NCBI GenBank assembly: GCA_022706235.1
Contig: JAKJCY010000002.1
Coordinates: 609-64,608 of the forward strand
From: Candidatus Hydrogenedentota bacterium
GTDB taxonomy: Bacteria; Hydrogenedentota; Hydrogenedentia; Hydrogenedentales; CAITNO01
Reading direction: 5' to 3'
Length of the DNA: 64,000 bases
A program made the translations under genes and the position numbers. The notes beneath the pieces are model-generated. The model had not been told where the DNA came from. It did not search any database and saw only the letters and a program-made list of their open reading frames with translations. Below, piece after piece: positions 1 through 10,200 of this stretch (positions are counted from its first letter, which is position 1; each line of letters begins with the position of its first letter).

Positions 1-1131
1 GTTCGACAGGCTAATTGCGTAACAAGAACCGTTTTCCATATTAAATAAATTTAGGAGACACTCATCTATTTCATTTTCTGGCCATATCACCCAAGGATAT
101 CTGAGAATACTACGATCTAAAGAAGAATTCATGTTCGCATTATAATTTGGTTTATGTACGACATAATTAAAGGATTTAGAAGGTCCTTGAGAAAAAGTGA
201 CATCGAATAGGAAGGGGTATGCGGTGTTTAATATATATAGTTCATTATGTGCCGACTGTTCAGCACTTGTTACATAGCCACTGGAGGGAAGAACCTGAGT
301 GCATTCAACACTAAAACTATCTATGTCAATCAAGGTCAGAACCAAATGGCTGGGACTTCCAAGCGACCGCTCAGCAAGCATTATTAGATTGTCGTTTTTA
401 CCAAACTGATTGGAGACATAATCTGGTATTCGGCTATTTAGGTGCTTCGTGCTGAACGAATATACTGGTACACACGATTTGAGATCATAAAAGACGTATC
501 TATTAAGCATGCCACCTTCACTATGCATATAGTCAAAGGTAAATAATAACATTAATTCATCAAAGAATCGCAAGGGATTACCCGCGCCTTTAGGTAGAAT
601 TACTGCCTTTATTTCATTTTCGGAAGTATTTATTATATTATAATGGTCTCCGAAATTATGTTGAGAATCAAATCCTGTACTCATAGTAAGAGCTTTTTTT
701 GAGGTGCTTCCAGCAACGAATCTGTTTAACTCGTAGTCTTTAGTTTTATTTATAGTACTTTTATTTCCTTTTATATTAGGCGATTCTGTAATTATCTGCT
801 GCGCACAACTGCAAGGCAGATTCTCAATAAATTTCTCCCAGCCTCGAGAAAAAGACCAAACCGCAAAAAGTTGTTTTCCGGGTTCATACTTTATAAGGGC
901 AATAACTTTATCATTTTCGTCATAAATAATTTGAGAAATCTCTCCGAAAGAATACTTAGAAGGCAGATAAAAAGATTTTGCTTGATAGTCTATCAACTTG
1001 ATAAGACCACTGCTATTGCAAGCACTTGCATTTTCCGTTTGCAATGTTGCATTCAAATTGTACGACAAGAAGCAGTATACCAAAATTCCACCCAAATATA
1101 TCCATCTAACTATATTGAATTTGCATCGCAT
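1..1131 (-). CDS. Hypothetical protein with an N-terminal membrane anchor. It is partial, running off the left edge with at least 377 codons. Candidate immunity partner of the orphan Rhs toxin tip.
   Basis: Hand translation of the minus strand: ATG at 1131-1129 (MRCKFNIVRWIYLGGILVYCFLSYNLNATLQ...) stays open down to base 1, so it is missing from the ORF track. It has a hydrophobic helix near the N-terminus and is visibly AT-rich like ORF 2986-4188. It lies directly downstream of a toxin-tipped Rhs fragment. No family recognised. Confidence 0.6.
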   Translation of the reverse strand, partial: MRCKFNIVRWIYLGGILVYCFLSYNLNATLQTENASACNSSGLIKLIDYQAKSFYLPSKYSFGEISQIIYDENDKVIALIKYEPGKQLFAVWSFSRGWEKFIENLPCSCAQQIITESPNIKGNKSTINKTKDYELNRFVAGSTSKKALTMSTGFDSQHNFGDHYNIINTSENEIKAVILPKGAGNPLRFFDELMLLFTFDYMHSEGGMLNRYVFYDLKSCVPVYSFSTKHLNSRIPDYVSNQFGKNDNLIMLAERSLGSPSHLVLTLIDIDSFSVECTQVLPSSGYVTSAEQSAHNELYILNTAYPFLFDVTFSQGPSKSFNYVVHKPNYNANMNSSLDRSILRYPWVIWPENEIDECLLNLFNMENGSCYAISLSN

Positions 1132-1281
1132 TTCTGATATCCTTATTTAAATGTGTTGATTTACGCATAAATTGCATAGCACTACTCTTCTCTTATAACT
1201 AAACTCACTTAATTCAATATATTGTGCTGCTGTAAATATTTTGCAATGACTAAAAGTTTTTTGGCGGATATTCAAGCGTTA

Positions 1282-2979
1282 TTAGATACTGGATTTTAGA
1301 TTACTTGGAAGACAATAATCACAATTTGGAGTTGGTCTCAAGTAATCATATAGTTTTACACAGTTAGTATAGTGAAGAACTCCTGACTGCCCTGTAGACT
1401 CTCTATCACACCGATTCATACAGCATTTTTGTATACCAGATCTCCTGTATATACTGTTAATTTCCATAGACTTTTCCTGGCAACAATCTTGACAGTCAGA
1501 TTTCGATTTAACTTTCCTGTCGCATGGCGGGCCTTCACATGGATCTTTCTGCAATCCAAGAGGATCATAATTACTGAGAGGATTGCTATTAACATATTGG
1601 ACTATATTTGACCCATCCACCAACCCTGCCGGATCCGGCATCGTCCAGCGGTTCATATTCGGGCTATAGTAGCGATAGGGGAAATAATACAGCTTTGCTT
1701 CTTCGTCCCACGGCTTACCCGTGAACTCATGGTACGGGGAGTTGCCGGACGCATAGGTCCGCTGTCCGAAGGGCAGGTGGATGTTCTGGGACACGACACT
1801 TTTGGACTGGTTAAAGCCATGGGTGCTGGTACCCAGATGGTCGTGCGCGAGATAGGTATAGGCGGCATTGGCGGGCACGCCGCTGGCGTCCAGGTCGGCT
1901 TCAGCCAGGGCGGTATGGCCAAAGGGCACGAAGAAGCGGTCAAAGCCGCTGATGGTCCAATCCGGCGAGGTATCCTGGTACTGGGCCAGCACGGAATAGC
2001 CCGTATCCCAGCGCCAGTAGGTGGTGTCATTACCAACAGCTTTCAAGCGGCGTTTGCCCAGGCCGTCGTAGTTGTACAGCACCACGGGCGTCTCGCCCGG
2101 GAAGTCGCTGTCTATCCGCTGGAGTTTGTCCCCCCACCGATAGGTATAGGTAGCCGTGTAACTCTGTCCGCTGATGGTGGCACTCCGCGAAGCCAGGCGT
2201 CCCCACGGGTCATACGTAAATGATGAGGTCACGCCGGAGGTGGTCATGGTGGCCAGTTGATTCGCCGGGCCGTAGGTGAAGACCATGGACAGACTCGCGT
2301 GAATGCTGCGGCTGCACACCCGGAACTCATCGAATTCAAAGGGCATCACGCCGTTCACGCGCACCCGCAACGCGCTCGTGGACGCGCCGAGGTTCGTACT
2401 GGTGTCCAGCAGCCGTTGCACCGTGTCGCCCCGTTCGCACGCGAACAGGACCACTGAACTGCCGTCCAGTTGAGCGTAGACCTCATACCAGACATCCTGC
2501 GCAGCAAAGGAGTTCGCGGACGTATAGGCCAATTCCAGTTCCGCGCCGTTCACCTTCTCCACCACGGTCAGTATGCCCCAGAACCAACGGACACCCAGCC
2601 AGTTATTCTCGTCCACATAGCGCAGCCGCACCAAAGCGTCATCCAGTCCACCACCCGTACCCATACGCTTGAAGGCATACCACACATCCGCGTTGCCATA
2701 GGTATTCACCGTGGAGATGGCCCGCACGCCCGACTGCGGTGTCGGCACCAAGGCGCCCGAAGCCGCGCTCCACGTGCCCGACTCCACCGTCCACGTCGGA
2801 CTGCTGGTATAGTTGCCATCCGTAAAGGCGTCATAAACACGGCTCGTGAAACTCGCAAGCGAGGGACTGTCCCCAGCGAGCACAGCGAGATGAGACTGTC
2901 CCTCGTGCACCCGTGTAGGAAGAGACTTCACTATTTCCGGAGCCCAAGGCCTATCACATATTAAGAAATTGTGCATCAT
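1282..2979 (-). CDS. Orphan Rhs C-terminal cassette: lectin-like domain, RHS repeat-associated core ending in DPLGL, then an 89-aa cysteine-rich variable tip
   Basis: 565-aa ORF. Residues from about 45 to 476 are near-identical to the C-terminal part of the 2277-aa Rhs protein (TSRVYDAF...YFPYRYYSPNMNRWTMPDPAGL...NYDPLGL). DPLGL is encoded at 1552-1566 and the sequence after it is unrelated to the main gene. The ATGATG start lies 6 nt after the stop of ORF 2986-4188. Confidence 0.8.
   Translation of the reverse strand: MMHNFLICDRPWAPEIVKSLPTRVHEGQSHLAVLAGDSPSLASFTSRVYDAFTDGNYTSSPTWTVESGTWSAASGALVPTPQSGVRAISTVNTYGNADVWYAFKRMGTGGGLDDALVRLRYVDENNWLGVRWFWGILTVVEKVNGAELELAYTSANSFAAQDVWYEVYAQLDGSSVVLFACERGDTVQRLLDTSTNLGASTSALRVRVNGVMPFEFDEFRVCSRSIHASLSMVFTYGPANQLATMTTSGVTSSFTYDPWGRLASRSATISGQSYTATYTYRWGDKLQRIDSDFPGETPVVLYNYDGLGKRRLKAVGNDTTYWRWDTGYSVLAQYQDTSPDWTISGFDRFFVPFGHTALAEADLDASGVPANAAYTYLAHDHLGTSTHGFNQSKSVVSQNIHLPFGQRTYASGNSPYHEFTGKPWDEEAKLYYFPYRYYSPNMNRWTMPDPAGLVDGSNIVQYVNSNPLSNYDPLGLQKDPCEGPPCDRKVKSKSDCQDCCQEKSMEINSIYRRSGIQKCCMNRCDRESTGQSGVLHYTNCVKLYDYLRPTPNCDYCLPSNLKSSI
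1552..2847 (-). repeat. About 1.3-kb homology block shared with 4627-5919 (orphan copy)
   Basis: The protein alignment by eye is nearly colinear, and the same antisense shadow ORFs appear in both copies (1653-2036 versus 4728-5111). Identity was not computed. Confidence 0.8.
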
Positions 2980-2985
2980 TATGGC

Positions 2986-4188
2986 TTAATTCTTCGTCTG
3001 CCCCTCAATTGCCGTTCTGCGTAAAATCTGAAGATTAGAAAAGCAAATTGGAAAGCGTTCGTTTATCAAACCAGATGCACCATCTGAATATAAAGATAAC
3101 ACTGCGTAGTCTTCAGCCTCCCTTTGTAATACGTTCACAGCACTATTTGATAGACAAAAATTTTTACCTTTAGTATCGTACCAGTTTTGCCACTCATAAA
3201 GTAACTTACATTCTTTATTATCAGTTAAATAAGATAAACATTGTAATGGTTCAAGAATATTTATATGTCGATCACTTTCTGATTTAGATAGGAGAACAGA
3301 AGCTTGGCAGCGCTCTAAATATATCGAAAGTGAACTATAATCACCTAATAAAATCAGTGCGCGCAAGAGCCTCGGGGCAATATCATTTTCCCGATTATAA
3401 TTATTTGTATAATCTCCCGGAAAAGATTTAGTCAGTAGCTCTCTTAAGTATATAATAGAGCTATCATCTCTTGATATAGCGCAACACTCTATTATTCCGC
3501 TTGGAAAATTTATAGCGTAAATATCACTATGTGTATTGAGTATCTTCACAAAGACTTCTTTTATATACGAAAAAAAAATTTCTTTTTCTGTGTATGCCAG
3601 CGATAATGCTGAAAACATAAAAGGAGGGTTTATTGGATGCCAGAAAAAACTATCTTTATCATTCATGCTTTGATAAAACGATAAAGTGTACTTAAGAAAA
3701 TCAATTTCTGATTTTGGTAACATTCCCCTACGGGCCAAAATATACGCCCCCATTAATTTTTTAGATAAATATGCTGAATCATTGTAGTAATTATTAAATT
3801 TTAATGCTGCGATCCATTCATCTTTACACACGGGGCGTTCCCACAGATTCCATGCAATTGATAAAACAAGAGGACTATCTATCGCCACGAATAAAGAAGT
3901 AAGGCGGGCTATCTGATAATAGTGTAGAGTTTCAATACCTTTCGTTTTTTCCCAAATATATTTAACAGATGTATCTCCACCAGAGATACAGGTTTCAACA
4001 TTACTATTTCCCAAAGTACTGAAGGATCTATACTCGAAAAGAAGAGAATCTTCTGGACGATATTCAAAATTATATATAATTATACATAATAGTATCACAC
4101 ACAAGATAAAGGAAAGAACAAATAGACACAATCTTTTCTTTGCCCCCCACAACAACACTTGCTTTATCTTTACATGCAACACTCTCAC
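2986..4188 (-). CDS. Hypothetical protein with an N-terminal membrane anchor (400 aa); candidate immunity partner of the main Rhs toxin tip
   Basis: ORF with a GTG start 43 nt downstream of the Rhs stop. Hydrophobic segment LCLFVLSFILCVILLCIIIY. Strongly AT-rich compared with the Rhs core. The position is typical of Rhs immunity genes. No family recognised. Confidence 0.65.
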   Translation of the reverse strand: MRVLHVKIKQVLLWGAKKRLCLFVLSFILCVILLCIIIYNFEYRPEDSLLFEYRSFSTLGNSNVETCISGGDTSVKYIWEKTKGIETLHYYQIARLTSLFVAIDSPLVLSIAWNLWERPVCKDEWIAALKFNNYYNDSAYLSKKLMGAYILARRGMLPKSEIDFLKYTLSFYQSMNDKDSFFWHPINPPFMFSALSLAYTEKEIFFSYIKEVFVKILNTHSDIYAINFPSGIIECCAISRDDSSIIYLRELLTKSFPGDYTNNYNRENDIAPRLLRALILLGDYSSLSIYLERCQASVLLSKSESDRHINILEPLQCLSYLTDNKECKLLYEWQNWYDTKGKNFCLSNSAVNVLQREAEDYAVLSLYSDGASGLINERFPICFSNLQILRRTAIEGQTKN

Positions 4189-4230
4189 AGTCCTCCTGTT
4201 GTATTGGACGGATGTTTTACAAAATTGATT

Positions 4231-7200
4231 TTACGGCTGCCGCATACAACACGCTTCCAGTCCTCGCGTTGTACTGGTCTGACAGTTGTTCCGGCGACCC
4301 CAACTACCAGACCAACATGATGTTCTTGCCGAAAAAAGACAAGATGCAATGTCTTCACAAGTAGCGCTTGCACAATGTTTGCCTTTGCCCACACCATCAT
4401 TTAATGTTCCCGTTTTAGACCGTATTGCAGGTTGGCAATTGCAGTCGTGGATTTGATAATTTGGCGGACTGGCGTGTCCCTTTTCTCCCCACTTAGGCCA
4501 TCTTGCTTCTTCATGATAAATCCAGAGCAATTCGATTTTAGCTATACCGAATAGTCGTGTGCGACAAACCTCAACTCTACAATTGGTACCTTCTCCGGTA
4601 CCCGAGGTAGGAAAAATATTAGAGGTTAAACCAAGAGGGTCATGACTGCTCATTGGATTCCCACCCACATACCCATACACATTCGGCCCATCTACCAACC
4701 CCGCCGGATCCGCTGATGTCCAGCGGTTCATACTCGGGCTGTAGTAGCGATAGGGGAAATAGTACATCTGCGACTCAGCATCCCACGGCTTACCCGTAAA
4801 CTCATGATACGGAGAATTGCCATAGGCATAACTCCGTTGTCCAAAGGGCAGGTGCACGTTCTGAGACACCACGGTCTTGGACTGGTCAAATCCATGGGTA
4901 CTTGTCCCCAGATGGTCATGAGTAAGGTAGGTATAGGCGGCATTGGCAGGAACACCGCTGGCGTCCAGGTCAGCCTCGGCCAAAGCCGTGTGGCCAAAGG
5001 GCACAAAGAAGCGGTCAAAGCCGCTGATGCCCCAATCCGGCGTGGTGTCCTGGTATTGGGCCAACACGGAAGTTCCTGTGTCCCAGCGCCAGTACGTGGT
5101 ATCATTGCCAATGGCTTTCAGACGCCGCTTGCCCAGGCCGTCGTAATTGTACTGCACCACCGCCGTTTCGGTTGGGAAGTTACTGTCTATTCGCTTCAGT
5201 TTGTCCCCAAACCGATACGTGTATGTGGCCGTATAGGACTGCCCGCTGATCGTGGCGCTGCGTGAGGCCAGGCGTCCCCACGGATCGTAGGTATAGGACG
5301 AGGTCACGCCCGACATCGTCATAGTCGCCAGCTGGTTCGCCGGGCCGTAGGTGAAAGTCATGGACTGTCCCGCGTGGATGCTGCGGCTGCACACGCGGAA
5401 CTCATCAAATTCGAAAGGCATCACCCCGCTCACGCGCACCCGCAATGCGTTCGTGGTCACGCCAAGGTTGGTTGTGGTCTCCAGAAGCCGTCGCAGCGTG
5501 TCGCCCCGTTCGCACGCGAACAGTATTACTGAACTACCATCCAACTGGATGTATATTTCGTACCAGACATCCTGCGCGGCAAAGACAATGCCCGTGTAGG
5601 CCAGGTCCTGCTCCACGCCGTTCGCCTTCTCCACCACAATCAGCATATTCCACATAAAGCGCACGCCCAGCCAGTTGTTCGCGTCCACATAACGCAATTG
5701 GACCATGCTGTTATCCAGTCCACCGCCCGTGCCCGTGCGCTTGAAGGCATACCATACATCCGCATTGCCATAGGTATTGGCCGTAGAGATCGCCCGCGCC
5801 CCCGACTGCGGCACCGGCACCAAAGCGCCTGTAGCCGCGCTCCACGTGCCCGATTCCACAGTCCACGCGGGGCTGCCGGTAAAGTCGCCGTCCATAAAGG
5901 CGTCATAGACCCGGCTGGTATAACTGTAGCGTGTCTGAGACAGCATATTATCCGCCGCGTCATAGGTATAGGCCAGGCGCAGTTGAGGGGCGCCATCGCT
6001 TTGGTACCACAATGCGCGGATCAGCCGGTCCCGGTGGTCATACTCGTATTCCCGGTCCGCCTGGTACGCCGACCGGGCGTCCACCATGCGCAGGATAGTG
6101 CCGTCATCCCCCAGCACATACTGCCAGCCCGCACGCGCGCCCGAGGCCGGACTGTCCTTATGCACCAGGCCCGTCAGCCGCCCGTCATCATCGTAGGTAT
6201 ATTCCGTGCGCTGTCCGTTCGGCCAGGTGTAATAGGACAGCTGCCCCGCATTATCGTAGTTGAATCCCCACTGCCGGTTGCCCGGCGCCGTGATGGTGCT
6301 CAGCTGGCCTGCCGTGTTGTAGGCATAGCCGTAACTGTTGCCCGTCTCATAAGCGTCCATGGCCACGGGCCGTCCCAGCGCGTCGTAGGTGTAAGACAAT
6401 TCCGCGTCATCGTAGTCCGTATAGGTGGTTACTTTTCCGTTGTCATCATAAGCGAATTCATGGCCGTCGTTGCCCGAACCGCCCGTCCAATCGTCCACCC
6501 GGGTCAGTTTGCCGTTGACATCGTAATAGTAATCCACATCATTCACCACGGCGCCGTTATCGTTCGTCGTGCGCTTCCGGGTTAGCTGCCCCGTAGTGTC
6601 ATTGTAGAAATACTCAATGGGGTCCACAACAATATTCACTGCAGGCGTCCGCGTTTCCGCACGCGTGCGATAGAGACGCCCATACTGATCATAATCGTTC
6701 CAGATATGAAGCGCCCCAAAATCACAGGTATCCAGCAGGCTGCACCATTCGCCATGACTGGTACGGGTCACCTGGCCCCGTTCATTGTAGGCAAAGTTGA
6801 TGTCCTGCCCCTCACCGTCGGTCACCTTCACGAGCCAGCCGGATATATTGTATTCATTTTCCACCAGCGTATCCTCTACAGCGCCCACCTGAAGCCAGGT
6901 TCGCGTCATCAGGCCCCGGTAGTCGTATTCGTAATGAGTCGTCTTACCCCCGAAATCCGTCTTGCTGATCATGTTGCCCAGTATATCATAGGTGAAGGTT
7001 TGTTGTCGTCCTTCTTCCGTGAGCACACTGACCAGGCGGCCCATGCCGTCATAGCTATAGGCGGTTTCGTGGCCCAGGGGATCGGTCTGCAGGATGAGAT
7101 TGCCGTTGTTGTCATAGTCGAAGAACAGCTGACGGTTGTCCGGCAGCGTGATGGACGCAATCTGGCCCGACGCGCCGCCGCAACTCGGGCAGCCGCCCGT

Positions 7201-10200
7201 ATAGGTATACGTGGTGGTCCGGTTGGCGGGGTCCGTCTGGGTCACCATACGACCCAGGTCATCATAGGTACAGGTCCACGTGTTGCTTTCGTAGTCCGTG
7301 TGGGAGGTCATGTTGCCCCGGCTGTCGTAAGTGTAGGACTGGGTGTCGCTGGACGCATTGGTACGCGACGTTACCTGGCCGTAGGCGTCATAGGCGATGC
7401 TAAGCCCGTTGCTGCCCATGTCCGGCGGTTTCACTTGAACCAGCCGGTCATAGGCGTCATAAACGAATTCCGTCATGGGGCCCTTGTATAGATCGTCCGC
7501 TGTACCCGGCCCATACTGGCGGATGGGATACAGGCCGCCTCCGGCTGGGTATTCATAGCGGTAGTAGACATAGCCGCAGGCGTACTTGGTCACACGTCCG
7601 TCGTCATTGTACCAGTACTGCACCGCCACATTACCGACCGCGGTGAGATCGTAGTTGTTCTCGTAATAGTAATTCCACTGGTCATAGGTAGCCCCGCCGG
7701 GCTCATGGTAATACCGGGCATAGTCCACGCGCACCCCATGACCGTCCACCTTGAAGAAAAACCGGGATAAGGCGGCCGCGCCGTCATAGTTCCGTACATC
7801 CGTATAATCTTTATAGGTCTTCTCATATACCGTGGTGAGCCCGTCGGGAAAGGTCAACGCGGTTTCCGTGGTGCTGATGAAATTATTGCCCGGCACATAC
7901 CCATAGGTGCAGGCGATCTCCAGCTGGTTGCCTTCCTTGTCCGTGATTTTGGAAGGATACATGCCCACCACGGTGTTGTCATACACCCCCTCTTCATATT
8001 CGAAATACACCGTATCATCCGGGTTATCGTCAATCTCCACAGAACGCAGGTAGTTGTACGGCGTACCCTGTCCCGTTTTATAGGGACCGTAACTGTACTC
8101 CACCTTCTTGAGAATTTCCGTGCCCGCGCCGTCGGGCTGGAGCAGGTCCACGCGCTCAATAAGATTGCCCGAATAATAGAACTGCAAGTAGCGGTCGTCC
8201 CCGGACGGGGCCGTCACCTGGGAGAGCCGCCCAAAATTCGTGGAGATACTGTCCGCACCCGTTAACCACAGGTCGGCGTAGGCCAGGGTGAAGGTATTCC
8301 CCGAAACATCCTCGAAGGACTCCAAGCGGCAATATCGCTCCAAATCATTGATAGGCGCACTGAACCGGCAGGTAATGCCGTCGGGAAACTCGATTTCCAC
8401 CCAGCCTTCCTGGACATGGCGTCGGGCGCGGATGGCCCGTTCCGTGCGTAATGCGTTGACGTCTTCTTCATCCATATCCAGCGGGGCGCGCTGGTAGAGG
8501 TCATACCCGTTCACATTCGTGTCGGTCCGTGTAAAGCGCTTGAAATTCCCGTTGGCGTCCACATAGGCCAGGTAGCCGTTTGCGCTGGACAGGCGCACAT
8601 GGACGTTGAAGTTATGACGCCAGCCGTTGCCGATATTGTTTTTGTAGGGGCGCGTTTCGGAGGCCATATAGTCCCGGTGTTTGCCCCAGGGATTGTAGTA
8701 GACGCGCCTGAAGAAAAAATCCATGGCGCCCCGCGTAGGCACATGGATATCGGTTTGCATCATAGACATGGCCCGGTGATTGGTGCCCATGCTTACGGTC
8801 AGGGCGCTGCCGCCGAAGGGGATATTCGGGTTCACCGACGGGTTGGCCGGATCGGCCATGGCCCCGGGCGTATTCACATAGGGACCGTTATGGATATCTC
8901 CCGGCGATGACGTGCCCTTGGAATGGGGCGCCGAAGTCGGGTTATTCCCCCCGCCACCACCCGTGCTAGGACCACCGTAGTTCGGGGGGCGCTCGGGGGG
9001 ACATCCTTCGGGCCGGTCCTGATTAATACACTGCATATACGCTTCCGTCATACCGATATAGAAACCGTCACTCTGGCCGCCCCGGATGGTTTCCAGGGTG
9101 GCCGTGTCAACACCGGTGTATACATCCGGCTCCGACACGAGCAGCGCGTACCCGGAAAAGAGGGCGTCAAAATCCTCATGCGATACTATATGGGGACCCT
9201 GCAGATCCTCTACGCTGATATCGGTAGCTGTCACAGCGGAAACAAACACGAAATGGTTGGGTGACAGATGGGCGATAGCCGGGGCGGTCAGGGAAGCCGC
9301 GCCGGAAACCTTCACGCCGTATGCAGTTAGCCCGGCGGCGACCGCCGCCGCTTGCAGGCCGGCCAGTGACGTGCCGGAATAGTCCATGCCGCTGTCTTCC
9401 GCCAAGGCGCGCAGGTCCGCGTCCTTGCCCTGTGACTCCAATAACAGGGCCAGGGCATAGGGGCCGCACCATTCCATGCCGTACTCCGCCACCAGCGCGT
9501 CGCCCCGTCGCTGTTCTTCCATGCCCGCGGCAATGGACGCTTCCAGGTCCTTCGCAATTTGTTGAATATTATCCGCCCACGACGCGCCCGGGAACAGGTC
9601 CAAAAGCGTTCTAAAGGTACGCGCCGCGTCGCGAAGATTTCCGCTCTGGTCTAGAACGCTGGCCACACGCATCAGCGCCTTGTCCAGGTATTCTCCGTCC
9701 GGCCAGGCGTCCATGTACCCATAATAGGCCGTCAATATCCTTTCCGTCTGATGCAAGTCCGCCAGTTCGGTCAAATACGCTGTCATGTAGGCAGCCGCAT
9801 CCGCAAGGCGTCGGTTATCGCCGTCCGCCGCCGGCGCCGCTTCAAAATACCGGCGCGCCGTACCGAACTGACCCATCTGGTAATGAATATAGCCTAGGCC
9901 GAAGTTCAGGTGCGCCCGTAGATTGGGAGAAGCCGTTTCTTCCTGCAACATCCGCTCCGGCACGGAACCGGAATATTCATCCACCACGTTCATGGCCTGC
10001 ACACTGCCTTCGACAATATCATTGTACGCGCTGTTATAGTGGGTAGCCAAGGCATGGCGCGCGGCAAACTTCAGCATCGAATTCGATGTCTCGCCGCTGA
10101 TCACCAACTGCAACCGGGCCATACCCGTGTCCAGCTCGGACCGGCCCAAATCCCGACAGGACAACAAATAGTGACCGGGGATAAATAGCTGGTAGGGCGA

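Noticed and set aside
871-1137. 88-aa plus-strand ORF at the left end
   Set aside because: It is antisense to the longer open minus-strand frame (1-1131), which has an ATG start, a TM helix and a sensible position after the orphan toxin. The plus ORF starts at TTG and has no supporting features.
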